Shown piece after piece: positions 1 to 8,569 of a DNA stretch of 49,659 nucleotides. The stretch spans positions 1 to 49,659 of the forward strand of contig JBBSJG010000003.1 of NCBI GenBank assembly GCA_038257485.1, written 5' to 3'. The notes beneath the pieces are model-generated. The model worked only from the letters and a program-made list of their open reading frames with translations, ran no database searches and was not told the origin of the DNA. Both the position numbers and the translations under genes were made by a program. This stretch comes from Longimicrobiales bacterium. GTDB lineage: Bacteria; Gemmatimonadota; Gemmatimonadetes; Longimicrobiales; RSA9. Within the stretch, counting starts at the first letter, position 1; every line of letters begins with the position of its first letter.

Positions 1-912
1 ACCGGCGAAGCGCAGGTGCTCGTCGCCACCGATTCGATTGCGCTCGGATTGAACCTGCCGATCGAGACCGTGTGCTTCTCGACACTGCAGAAGTGGGATG
101 GCCGCGCCGATGTGCAGCTCGAGCCGTGGCAGATCCTGCAGATCGGCGGACGCGCGGGTCGCTATGGTCACAAGGAGCGAGGTCACGTCGCGGGCATGAA
201 TCCGAAGGACGCGGACCGCATCGGTGATGTGTTCGCGCCCGGCTACGAGTTGCCGCCGCGCATCGTGCAGACCTGGGTGCGACCGAGCTCCGACCACATC
301 GAAGTGATCGCGGCGGGCCTCAAGACCACGAGCCTGGCGCACGCACTGACGACATTCCAGCGAGGCATGACGTTCGACTCGCCGATGCTCGTCCCCGGCG
401 TCGACGACGACATGATCGCACTCGCGCAGGTGCTCGATGAGTATCGCGTGCTATCGCTCGCCGAGCGGCTCAATCTCGCGTCCGCGCCTGTCGACGGACG
501 ATCGGACTGGATGCGCGAGGAGTTCCGTAGTTGGATGGCGATGCACGCGGCGCAGCGGCCGATCCGTCTGGCCGCACTGCCGGGCGCGTACCGGAAACCG
601 CACGCTGCCAACGACAATGAGCTGCGTACGGCTGAGATGGAGGCGAAGCGCCTCACATTGTATTCCTGGCTGGGGTTCCGCTATGCGGCCAGCTTCCCCG
701 ATCTCGAGGTGTGTTCGGACCAGCGCGTCGCACTCGACCAGTTCATCGAGCGCAGTCTCGCGCAGAAGGCGGCAGGTCGCGGTGAGGGGTCCCGCTCAAC
801 GCCGGGACGCGGCCGTGGCGACCCTCGCGGGGATGCACGGCCGGGCGCGCGGCCGGGCGCCCGACCCGGAAGCGGGCGGCCGGGCGCGAAGGGCGGGCGG
901 AAACGGCGCTAG
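1..912 (+). CDS. SUV3-like SF2 helicase, C-terminal part (5' truncated by the window edge)
   Basis: Frame is open from base 1 (TGEAQVLVATD...). Contains motif V LVATDSIALGLNLPI and motif VI QIGGRAGRYG, a SUV3-type C-terminal LYSWLGFRY segment and an Arg/Gly-rich tail. Confidence 0.85.
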   Translation, partial: TGEAQVLVATDSIALGLNLPIETVCFSTLQKWDGRADVQLEPWQILQIGGRAGRYGHKERGHVAGMNPKDADRIGDVFAPGYELPPRIVQTWVRPSSDHIEVIAAGLKTTSLAHALTTFQRGMTFDSPMLVPGVDDDMIALAQVLDEYRVLSLAERLNLASAPVDGRSDWMREEFRSWMAMHAAQRPIRLAALPGAYRKPHAANDNELRTAEMEAKRLTLYSWLGFRYAASFPDLEVCSDQRVALDQFIERSLAQKAAGRGEGSRSTPGRGRGDPRGDARPGARPGARPGSGRPGAKGGRKRR

Positions 913-942
913 CGAATGCAGCGGGATTGATGAATCACTACA

Positions 943-1332
943 CTAGTCGTTCTCGTCCTGGCGGCTGCGCGAACGCTGGCGACCGCGCGTCTCGACAATC
1001 GTGATGCCTGCATTCGATTGACCCATGTCGCGGTCGCCGCGGATCAGCGGATACCGTTCGATGAGATTGCGGCTCGGTTCATCGAACAGGTCCCACGACT
1101 CGCCGAAGATCACCCGCCCGATCTTGCCTTCGTTCTGCATGCGCAGCAGCATCGTCCGCAGTGATTTCCGCAGTGTGCCGCCCTTGCCGGTCGACCCGTA
1201 GCCATGAATGATCTTGAGCAGGCCCACGCCCTTTTTGCGCGCGACGTCGAGCTCCGTCGCCAGCCGCGTCCTCGCCTCTTCGGCCGTCGGGAACCCGGCC
1301 TCCATGTTGACCACTTCGATCTTTCTCGCCAT
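943..1332 (-). CDS. Smr/MutS2 C-terminal domain protein
   Basis: IIHGYGS..GG.LR motif and terminal N.G.T motif typical of Smr domains; 129 aa. Confidence 0.85.
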   Translation of the reverse strand: MARKIEVVNMEAGFPTAEEARTRLATELDVARKKGVGLLKIIHGYGSTGKGGTLRKSLRTMLLRMQNEGKIGRVIFGESWDLFDEPSRNLIERYPLIRGDRDMGQSNAGITIVETRGRQRSRSRQDEND

Positions 1333-1862
1333 CAGCGCATCCCATCCAGTGCCAGCGCGTCACCGCGCTCGTGATCCAGCAGCCATTGCTTCCGCCAGAG
1401 ACCGCCACCATATCCTGTGAGCTTGCCATTCGTGCCGATGACGCGATGACACGGGATCACAATGGCGATGGGATTGTCGCCGTTCGCGCGTGCAACCGCG
1501 CGCGTCGCCGTCGGTCTCCCGATGTGCCTCGCCTGATCCCCATAGCTGCGCGTCATACCGAATGGGATCGTTGCAAGCATCTGCCACGCGTTCTGCTGGA
1601 ACGGCGTACCCGCCGGATCGAGGGGCACTGTGAACGCGCGGCGAGTGCCCGCGAAGTACTCCGATAACTCGGATTGCAGCTGTGACAGCACCGCGTTCGG
1701 CGTCTCCGCAGCGGGTGGCTCGTCCGTGAACGCGAGCACCCGGAGTGCGACGTCGGTTGCGGACGCGACCATAACGCCGACAGGCGTATCCATCCGCATC
1801 ACGTATCCGGCAGGAATCGATGACATGGTCACAACGTAGCGGTACACCGCACCGGATTCCAT
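1332..1862 (-). CDS. ogt: Methylated-DNA--protein-cysteine S-methyltransferase
   Basis: GTPFQ, RAVARANGDNP, active-site PCHRV, GYGGGL.RK..LL.HE. The true start may be 1826 (MSSI). Confidence 0.93.
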   Translation of the reverse strand: MESGAVYRYVVTMSSIPAGYVMRMDTPVGVMVASATDVALRVLAFTDEPPAAETPNAVLSQLQSELSEYFAGTRRAFTVPLDPAGTPFQQNAWQMLATIPFGMTRSYGDQARHIGRPTATRAVARANGDNPIAIVIPCHRVIGTNGKLTGYGGGLWRKQWLLDHERGDALALDGMR

Positions 1863-1928
1863 GGACGGTACGAATCTGGCCTAAGAGGTGGCGTGGGCGT
1901 GAGCCCGGACACTTGAATCACCGACAGG

Positions 1929-2855
1929 ATGGACGCGGACATGCGACGCAACCTGAAGAATACAGCTGTTGCCACAATTGTGACCGCCGTGTGCGCGGTC
2001 GCGGCATGCCGGATCGAGGACCCGACCGACCGCACGGTGGAGGTACATGCTGCCGCCGACACGGCCCGGCGCGGGGCAACGACAACGGCGGTGCCCGTCA
2101 CGGCGAACGTCCTTGCCCCCGGCACGGTCGACTGGCCGACACTGGAAGCGGAAGTGGCCGCACGCGCCGATTCGGTCGACCGCATGCTGCGCCGCGTACG
2201 CGCACTCACCCGCCGGGAACAGACATCCCTGCGACGGGATGTGAACGCGGTCCAGATTTCTCGCGCCCGGCGGCTCGGCGTTCAGGTCAATGGGGACCTC
2301 GACGAGCTCGTGAAACGTGGTCGGCTGATGCAACTCGCTGACGGCGGACCCTACTGGACGTTGTACCAGTTGAACTTCTCTGTGCCGTACGTCACGCCTT
2401 CGACGCACGCATTGCTGACAGAGATCGGACAGCGTTTCCAGCAGCAGCTCGACAGTGTTGACGTCCCGCATTACCGCCTCGTGATCACGTCCGCACTTCG
2501 TACCGCGGACAGGCAGGCAGCCCTGCGACGAGCAAACTCGAATGCATCGAAGATCGAGAGCGCCCACGAGTTCGGCACCACCGTAGACATCGCGTACCGT
2601 CGCTTCGCTCCGCCCATCGAACCGATGGCGCTCGACCCCGCACTCGGAGGGCGCGACCTGATGTATCGGGATTCTGTTCTGGCGGCGACGGCGAACCTGC
2701 GAGCGGCCGAGCTGCAGGCTTTGCTCGGCCGCGTGCTGCAGGAGATGAAGGAAGAGGGCAAGGTGATGGTGATGATGGAGCGACAGCAGACCGTGTATCA
2801 TATCACGGTCGCGCGCGCCCTCACTCCGCCCCGTGCGAAGGCGGTCGCGCGTTAG
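1929..2855 (+). CDS. DUF5715-like lipoprotein, putative peptidase M15-like (LAS) fold
   Basis: Signal peptide with lipobox-like AAAC; ITSALRT, NA...SAHEFGTTVDI and terminal YHITV motifs. Confidence 0.65.
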   Translation: MDADMRRNLKNTAVATIVTAVCAVAACRIEDPTDRTVEVHAAADTARRGATTTAVPVTANVLAPGTVDWPTLEAEVAARADSVDRMLRRVRALTRREQTSLRRDVNAVQISRARRLGVQVNGDLDELVKRGRLMQLADGGPYWTLYQLNFSVPYVTPSTHALLTEIGQRFQQQLDSVDVPHYRLVITSALRTADRQAALRRANSNASKIESAHEFGTTVDIAYRRFAPPIEPMALDPALGGRDLMYRDSVLAATANLRAAELQALLGRVLQEMKEEGKVMVMMERQQTVYHITVARALTPPRAKAVAR

Positions 2856-2872
2856 TCGACGGGCAGCTCGCA

Positions 2873-3784
2873 CTACATGCGCGACCACGTCGGCAGCATA
2901 CGCAGGTCCTCGGCTTCCGACGTCATCCACACCGTACCATCATTCGCGATCGCGAGCGACTCGCCCTGTACTTCAGCGAGCGGCACCAGGTCCACGGTGA
3001 TCGGCGTCGCATCGCTGTTCCCCACCAGCGCATCCGCGCGGTACAGGTACATGGTGCGGTACGTGCGAACGCCGACCCAGCCGCCATCGGGACTCGATGT
3101 TGCCGCTGTCACGCGATCCCGTTCGTTGGTCGGCTGCGGGAACAACTCGCGCACCTTCCGCAGTGTCACCATCCCTGCCCCACCGTTCGCTGCACCCATC
3201 GCATAGAGCGCGATCGTGCTGTGCCGGCCCTTGGTAACCACATACAGCTCCCCGGACGGCAGCAGGAAGATCGCCTCGGCATCCTGCGCTGCGTCAGGGA
3301 ACTGCATCGTCAGCTTCACAGCATTCACTGCAGCGGCCGACCCCGCGCGGGGCTCAGGCACGCGATACACATCGATCGTCTTGCGCTTCCTTTCGTTGTC
3401 ACCGATGTCCGCAATGAACAGGCACGATCCGCCGTCGCATGGACCGGACTCGATGTCCTCCCAGTCCGTTGCCGCCGCGCCCGCCACGCGGATGCTCTGC
3501 AGCAGTCTGCCGCCCGCGTCGATCGCGTAGATTACCGGCTCGTCGCCGCTGTCGTTGTGCGTCCAGAACCGGCTGCTGTCCCTGATGCCGCGGGCGAGAC
3601 CACTCGTCTCACGCACCGCTTCAGGAAGAGCACGGCCCGCGTCGGCGACACGGCATATCGATGCGCTGTCAACTGCCACCGCAGTCATGGTAGACGGGCT
3701 CCGCACGGCTGCGCTGCTCGTCTGCGCATCCCCGCAGCCTGGCATGACTGCGACAGCGATCGCTGCGCACGTCGATAGGGACAT
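2873..3784 (-). CDS. Secreted beta-propeller-like lipoprotein of unknown function
   Basis: Lipobox-like VMPGC; conserved-looking E.SGLA, WTHNDSGD, DWEDI, ADIGDN, DAEA and QGES motifs. Start is 3784 or 3805. Confidence 0.6.
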   Translation of the reverse strand: MSLSTCAAIAVAVMPGCGDAQTSSAAVRSPSTMTAVAVDSASICRVADAGRALPEAVRETSGLARGIRDSSRFWTHNDSGDEPVIYAIDAGGRLLQSIRVAGAAATDWEDIESGPCDGGSCLFIADIGDNERKRKTIDVYRVPEPRAGSAAAVNAVKLTMQFPDAAQDAEAIFLLPSGELYVVTKGRHSTIALYAMGAANGGAGMVTLRKVRELFPQPTNERDRVTAATSSPDGGWVGVRTYRTMYLYRADALVGNSDATPITVDLVPLAEVQGESLAIANDGTVWMTSEAEDLRMLPTWSRM

Positions 3785-3896
3785 TGTTCTGGTCCTGTGA
3801 ATCATTCACGCTGCTCCTGTTGATCGCCGGACGAAGTGGCGCGACTCTTCCATCACGCCAACGCGCGCCACGCTGAAACATGGGACGGGGGGGCCA

Positions 3897-4952
3897 TTGC
3901 GGGAAGAAGGGACGACCGAGAAGAGGAGCGGACTGCACCGCGTAATCCGTCACCCGGTGCTCTGGACCCTGGTGTCGTTTGTCGTGATTGCCATGGTCGG
4001 CTGGACGCTCGCCCGGCCGGAGGTGCTGGACCAGATCGGAGCACCGCTCGATGCCGTGTCCGACATCCTCAATCCCGGGTCGACCGACCACGTCATCGTC
4101 ATCTCCATCGACGGATTGCGGCCCGACGCAATCGACCGCTTCGATGCGGAAACCCTCCAGCGCCTCATGCGGGACGGCAGGTTTACGCTGCTGGCCAATA
4201 CGATCGTGCCGCCCAAGACCCTGCCGTCGCACGCATCGATGCTGACGGGAACGCCGCCCGCGGTTCACGGAATCACCTGGAACGAGGATATGACCGGCGA
4301 TCACGGCTACGTCCGTGTACCCACGATCTTCGGCACGGCACGGCGGCGAGGACTCGAGACCGCGGCCTTCTTCAGCAAGACGAAGTTCGAGCATCTCGCA
4401 CAGCAGGGTGATTTCGATTTCCTGCAACGCCCGCGAGGTGGGATCCTGAACATCCCCGCAGGCGACGTTGAAAACGCCGTGGAAGACTACCTCGAGAGCA
4501 ACAAGCCGAACCTGCTGTTCGTGCACCTGGCGGACGTCGATTTCGCCGGCCATCGGTTCGGCTGGATGTCCTACATCTATGGCCGCGCGGTGCGCGTTGC
4601 CGATGATGCAGTGGGTGAGATCGTGGACGACGCAAATGCAGCATTCGGATGCGGCAACTACACACTCATCGTCACCGCGGACCATGGCGGCCACGGCCGG
4701 AACCACGGCCTCAATCAGCCGAGCGACCGCCTGATTCCATGGATCACCTGGGGAAAGGCTGTGAAGGATACTGGACCGATCGCGCAGGCTGTGAACACAA
4801 TGGATACGGCTGCGACCGCGCTGTGGCTGCTCGGCATTACCCCGCCGGCAATCATGGAAGGCCGACCCGTTACGGAAGCATTCGCGGATAGGCCGTCGAT
4901 TGTAGCACCGTCTATCGATCCGCGCCCGACGGTGGTGCGCGGCTGCTCCTGA
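3897..4952 (+). CDS. Alkaline phosphatase superfamily, nucleotide pyrophosphatase/phosphodiesterase (NPP) type, membrane anchored
   Basis: N-terminal TM helix; ISIDGLRPD, KTLPSHASMLTG (Thr nucleophile), D..GH, TADHGGH. Confidence 0.85.
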   Translation: MREEGTTEKRSGLHRVIRHPVLWTLVSFVVIAMVGWTLARPEVLDQIGAPLDAVSDILNPGSTDHVIVISIDGLRPDAIDRFDAETLQRLMRDGRFTLLANTIVPPKTLPSHASMLTGTPPAVHGITWNEDMTGDHGYVRVPTIFGTARRRGLETAAFFSKTKFEHLAQQGDFDFLQRPRGGILNIPAGDVENAVEDYLESNKPNLLFVHLADVDFAGHRFGWMSYIYGRAVRVADDAVGEIVDDANAAFGCGNYTLIVTADHGGHGRNHGLNQPSDRLIPWITWGKAVKDTGPIAQAVNTMDTAATALWLLGITPPAIMEGRPVTEAFADRPSIVAPSIDPRPTVVRGCS

Positions 4953-5967
4953 CCCCGCTTGCGGCGCCACGTTCAGCCGCGCCACGTTCAGCGGCGGGAA
5001 TGATGTAATCCGAGATCAGTGCGTGCAGCGCGCGATTGTGATCGCCCTCCCGCGGCGCCTCCCCGTCCGATGTCATGACAACCGTGATCCCGAGGTCCGG
5101 TACGATGAACGCATATTGTCCGCCGTATCCCCATGCGAAGTACACCGCGTGACCACCGCGTTCGCGCATCCACCAGCCGAGACCGTAGCCGTGGCCATTG
5201 TAAGGCGACGTTGTCCTCTGCACCCATGAATCCCGCACCCACGCCGCCGGCACAATCTGCACGCCGTTGTGACGACCCTCGTTGCGATACAGTTCCGCGA
5301 ACGTCAACAGATCACGCGGCCGCAGTCGCATCTCGTTGCCGCCGAAATACACGCCCTGCGGATCCGTCGCCCACGGCGACAGCTCGATGCCGAGCGGGCG
5401 AAACAGCCGGGCGCGGGCATATGCCAGCGTGCTCATCCCAGTCGCCTTCGTCAATATCGCCGACATGATGTGACTGCTACCCGTGCTGTACAGCATGCGG
5501 CCGCCAGGATCGTCGACGAAACTCCGCTGCAGCGCATTGCGCACCCAGTTGCCGCTCGACACCCACGCTCCATAATCGCCGAACGACGTTGGCTCCAACC
5601 CCGCTTGCATAGACAGTAGGTTGCCGATCGTCAGGCGGGACAAACGAGGATCAGGGTTCGTTGGCATGTATGAAGGGAAGAACAGTGCGACGCGCTGATC
5701 GAGGCCGGTCAGTTTCCCTTCCGCGATCGCGATTCCGGCCAACGCGGAAATCACACTCTTCGACGCCGACTTGACATTCGCGCGCGTGTCCCGCGTCGCA
5801 CCGCGATAGTATTGCTCGCGCACGATGTCGCCATGCCGTACAACAATGAAACTACGCAGCCGAGTCAGCTTCGCAGCTGCATCCGCCGCGCTGCCCGTGT
5901 CGCACGCAGTGGTGGCCGCCGCGGCTGCAGTCACCAACATCGTGATGACGATTGGTCTACGCATCAT
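4912..5967 (-). CDS. Serine hydrolase, beta-lactamase class C-like family, lipoprotein
   Basis: SxxK (KSASKS), LLSMQAGL, YS motif, AWGYGGQ. The start at 5967 overlaps the ung stop (ATGA). Confidence 0.85.
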   Translation of the reverse strand: MMRRPIVITMLVTAAAAATTACDTGSAADAAAKLTRLRSFIVVRHGDIVREQYYRGATRDTRANVKSASKSVISALAGIAIAEGKLTGLDQRVALFFPSYMPTNPDPRLSRLTIGNLLSMQAGLEPTSFGDYGAWVSSGNWVRNALQRSFVDDPGGRMLYSTGSSHIMSAILTKATGMSTLAYARARLFRPLGIELSPWATDPQGVYFGGNEMRLRPRDLLTFAELYRNEGRHNGVQIVPAAWVRDSWVQRTTSPYNGHGYGLGWWMRERGGHAVYFAWGYGGQYAFIVPDLGITVVMTSDGEAPREGDHNRALHALISDYIIPAAERGAAERGAASGVRSSRAPPSGADR

Positions 5968-6710
5968 GTCCGTTCGGATCCTGTTCCGCACCAGTCGATC
6001 GGCGCTGTGCCGCGCGCCGACAATGCATCGTTGATGCGAGAAAACGGTCGCGTTCCCAGAAAGCCGTTCCACGCTGACAGAGGCGACGGATGCGACGCCT
6101 CGACGATCGCATGTCGTGTGGTATCGATCAGTGGTGCCTTCCGTTTCGCGTAAGCGCCCCACAGTGCAAACACCACCGGCGTCCGCTTCGCGTTCACCAT
6201 GCGTATGATTTCATCCGTGAATTGTTCCCAGCCGCGGTTCCGGTGCGCGTTCGCCTCACCCGCACGCACCGTGAGCACCGCATTGAGCAGAAGCACGCCG
6301 TCGACCGCCCACCGCTCGAGCGACCCGTCCACGCGCGCCGTGCAGCCGATATCTGACTCCAGTTCCTTCAGCATGTTCCGCAGGGATGGCGGCGGGCGCA
6401 CGCCGGACCGCACGGAGAACGCCAAGCCGTGCGCCTGGCCTGCGCCGTGATACGGGTCCTGACCCAGTAGGAGCACCCGCACGCGATCGAGCGGCGTCCG
6501 GGTCATCGCGTGAAACACTTCGGGAGCCGACGGATAGATCGTATGCGACCGGGATTCGTCCACGAGGAACGCGCGCAGGGGGTCGTACGCAGAAGACGCG
6601 AGGGTGGCGGCAAGCGGATTCCAGCCGGTGGGCACCTGCGGCAGCAGGTACTTCACCGGACCCTTCACCGGACCACCCTTGTGACTTTTCGAATTGACCG
6701 GTTCTGACAT
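5964..6710 (-). CDS. ung: Uracil-DNA glycosylase, family 1
   Basis: GQDPYH, AHGLAFSV, PPSLRN, GVLLLN, HPSPLS motifs. Confidence 0.95.
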   Translation of the reverse strand: MSEPVNSKSHKGGPVKGPVKYLLPQVPTGWNPLAATLASSAYDPLRAFLVDESRSHTIYPSAPEVFHAMTRTPLDRVRVLLLGQDPYHGAGQAHGLAFSVRSGVRPPPSLRNMLKELESDIGCTARVDGSLERWAVDGVLLLNAVLTVRAGEANAHRNRGWEQFTDEIIRMVNAKRTPVVFALWGAYAKRKAPLIDTTRHAIVEASHPSPLSAWNGFLGTRPFSRINDALSARGTAPIDWCGTGSERT

Positions 6711-6777
6711 GGGATCCAATGTGGAATGACTCAAAAAGTAGCTCGCCCGGTTGGCGGCTGTGGAAAAGAACCCCATT

Positions 6778-7038
6778 ATGGGTCATTACGAAACTATTCG
6801 AAATTGCGGAAGGCAGGTCCGGGGGAAGCAAACACTCGCCACCATCGGCTATGAAGCCGCCACCGTCCCCGATTTCCTCCACGCCCTGACCGATGAAGGC
6901 GTCCAGATCCTCGTCGACGTGCCCGCCATGGCCCGGCCTCAGCACGACGCGTCTGACCGGGCGGCGCTACCGGGCCGCCCCTGGCTCACGTGGCGAACCT
7001 GGTGTTTGGGTTCCCCCCTCGTCGCGGACGATTTTTAG
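6778..7038 (+). pseudogene. Truncated DUF488-like gene remnant
   Basis: TIGYEA...F...L...GV..LVDV matches the DUF488 N-terminus, then similarity is lost and the ORF ends at under 100 aa. Confidence 0.5.
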
Positions 7039-7107
7039 CGCCAGCGTTCAATCGGAGCGCGTGAATGCCGGTGGCATCCGGCTTTCCCGTGAACCTGGGG
7101 CCGGATG

Positions 7108-7138
7108 GGCGACGGCGGACGCGCGCGTCGCCTTTTTT
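7108..7138 (+). terminator. Rho-independent terminator-like hairpin in the leader of the CitE-like lyase gene
   Basis: GGCGACG (7108-7114) pairs with CGTCGCC (7126-7132), followed by TTTTTT (7133-7138). Confidence 0.6.
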
Positions 7139-7199
7139 CCGCACGCCGCCCGGCGTATCATCACCCCATGTACAACGCATGCAACGGGTGATGGATCGA

Positions 7200-8564
7200 A
7201 TGGCTGATTCAACGACACAGAAGACGGTGATCGACGCGACCGAGCTGCGGGATGCCGTGGCGATGATGGAAGCGCAGGACGCGGTGTACGCGCGTCGCTA
7301 TCCCGGCGACTCGCCGCGGAGGCAGCCCGTGCACACGGTGTACGGCGGTGCGCAGCTGTTCGGCGCCGATGCTGCGCCGAAGCTCGCGCAGATCGCGCGT
7401 CGCATGCGCGAGCAATTCGCACCGGACGCATCGGTGTTCGCGGATGTACTCGGTGTGCACCCGTCGCATGCAGAGCTCGTGCATCAGCGGGTCTGCGAAC
7501 GGCTCGACCGCCAGGCGGTCGAAGATTTCCGCATCGACTTCGAGGACGGCTATGGCAACCGGCCGGACGCCGAGGAAGACGGACACGCAGCGGCGGCGGC
7601 AAAGGAAGTAGCGAGGGGCATGCGTGAAGACCTGCTGCCACCGTACATCGGCATCCGCATCAAGCCGATGACGCCGGAGTTGCGCGGCCGTGCCGTCCGC
7701 ACGCTCGACATCTTTCTCAACACACTCGTGCGCGAGACGGGCGGCGAGCTGCCCGCGAACTTCGTCGTCACGCTGCCGAAGCTCACGTCGCCCGCGCATG
7801 CCGAGTTCTTCGCAAGCGTCCTCGACGCGGCGGAGACCGCGCTGGGTCTGGACCGTGACACGCTACGCTTCGAGTTCATGGTGGAGACACCGCAGATCCT
7901 GATCGGGCCGGACGGCCGGTGCCCGCTGCCGCTCGTGCTCGATGCCGCGCGCGGACGCGCGGTCGCTGCTCACTTCGGCACCTACGACTACACTGCGTCC
8001 TGCAACATCACGGCTGCAGAACAGCGCATGCGTCATCCGGTGTGCGACAACGCGCGTCACATCATGCAGGTCGCACTCGCCGGCACCGGTGTCTGGCTGT
8101 CGGACGGGTCGACGGCAGTGCTTCCTGTGCCGCCGCATCGCGCGCGCGACGGCGAGTCGCTCGATGGCGCGCAGACCGCCGAGAACCGCGACGTCGTACA
8201 CCGCGCATGGAAGCTCCACTACGAGGATGTGCAGGACTCGTTGATGCGTGGCTTCTACCAGGGGTGGGACCTGCATCCGGCACAGCTCGTAACACGCTAT
8301 GCCGCGCTCTACGACTTCTTCCTCGCCGGACTCCAGCCCGCCGGCGACCGACTTCACAACTTCCTCGGGAAGGCTGCGCAGGCCACGCTCCTCGGCGACA
8401 TGTTCGACGATGCCGCGACCGGGCAGGGCCTCCTCAACTTCTTCCTGCGTGCGATCAATGCGGGCGCGGTTACGGAGGAGGAAACCCTCTCCCGCACGGG
8501 ACTCACGGTCGACGAGCTGCGCACGCGCTCGTTCGTGCAGATCCTCCGACGCCGCACCGCCTGA
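7200..8564 (+). CDS. CitE/malyl-CoA lyase/HpcH-like TIM-barrel lyase (DUF6986-like), purine-catabolism associated
   Basis: RQPVHTVYGG, RIDFEDG, MVET, HFGTYDYT and GWDLHPAQ motifs parallel the CitE-family DLED / MIET / G..D / GK..IHP.Q motifs. Start is 7191 or 7200. Confidence 0.7.
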   Translation: MADSTTQKTVIDATELRDAVAMMEAQDAVYARRYPGDSPRRQPVHTVYGGAQLFGADAAPKLAQIARRMREQFAPDASVFADVLGVHPSHAELVHQRVCERLDRQAVEDFRIDFEDGYGNRPDAEEDGHAAAAAKEVARGMREDLLPPYIGIRIKPMTPELRGRAVRTLDIFLNTLVRETGGELPANFVVTLPKLTSPAHAEFFASVLDAAETALGLDRDTLRFEFMVETPQILIGPDGRCPLPLVLDAARGRAVAAHFGTYDYTASCNITAAEQRMRHPVCDNARHIMQVALAGTGVWLSDGSTAVLPVPPHRARDGESLDGAQTAENRDVVHRAWKLHYEDVQDSLMRGFYQGWDLHPAQLVTRYAALYDFFLAGLQPAGDRLHNFLGKAAQATLLGDMFDDAATGQGLLNFFLRAINAGAVTEEETLSRTGLTVDELRTRSFVQILRRRTA

Positions 8565-8569
8565 GGCGC

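Noticed and set aside
4964-4992. 15-nt-period tandem duplication (AAERG twice) and 41-nt convergent overlap of the hydrolase and NPP genes
   Set aside because: A two-copy slippage repeat in a variable C-terminus; not an array.
6651-6674. 12-nt tandem duplication CTTCACCGGACC near the ung 5' end
   Set aside because: In-frame two-copy duplication in a non-conserved N-terminus.
7081-7100. CCCGTGAACCTG resembling part of a TPP riboswitch or 6S RNA
   Set aside because: The CTGAGA and other TPP elements are absent, and no long 6S-like rod with a central bubble is evident; kept only as an unnamed structured leader.
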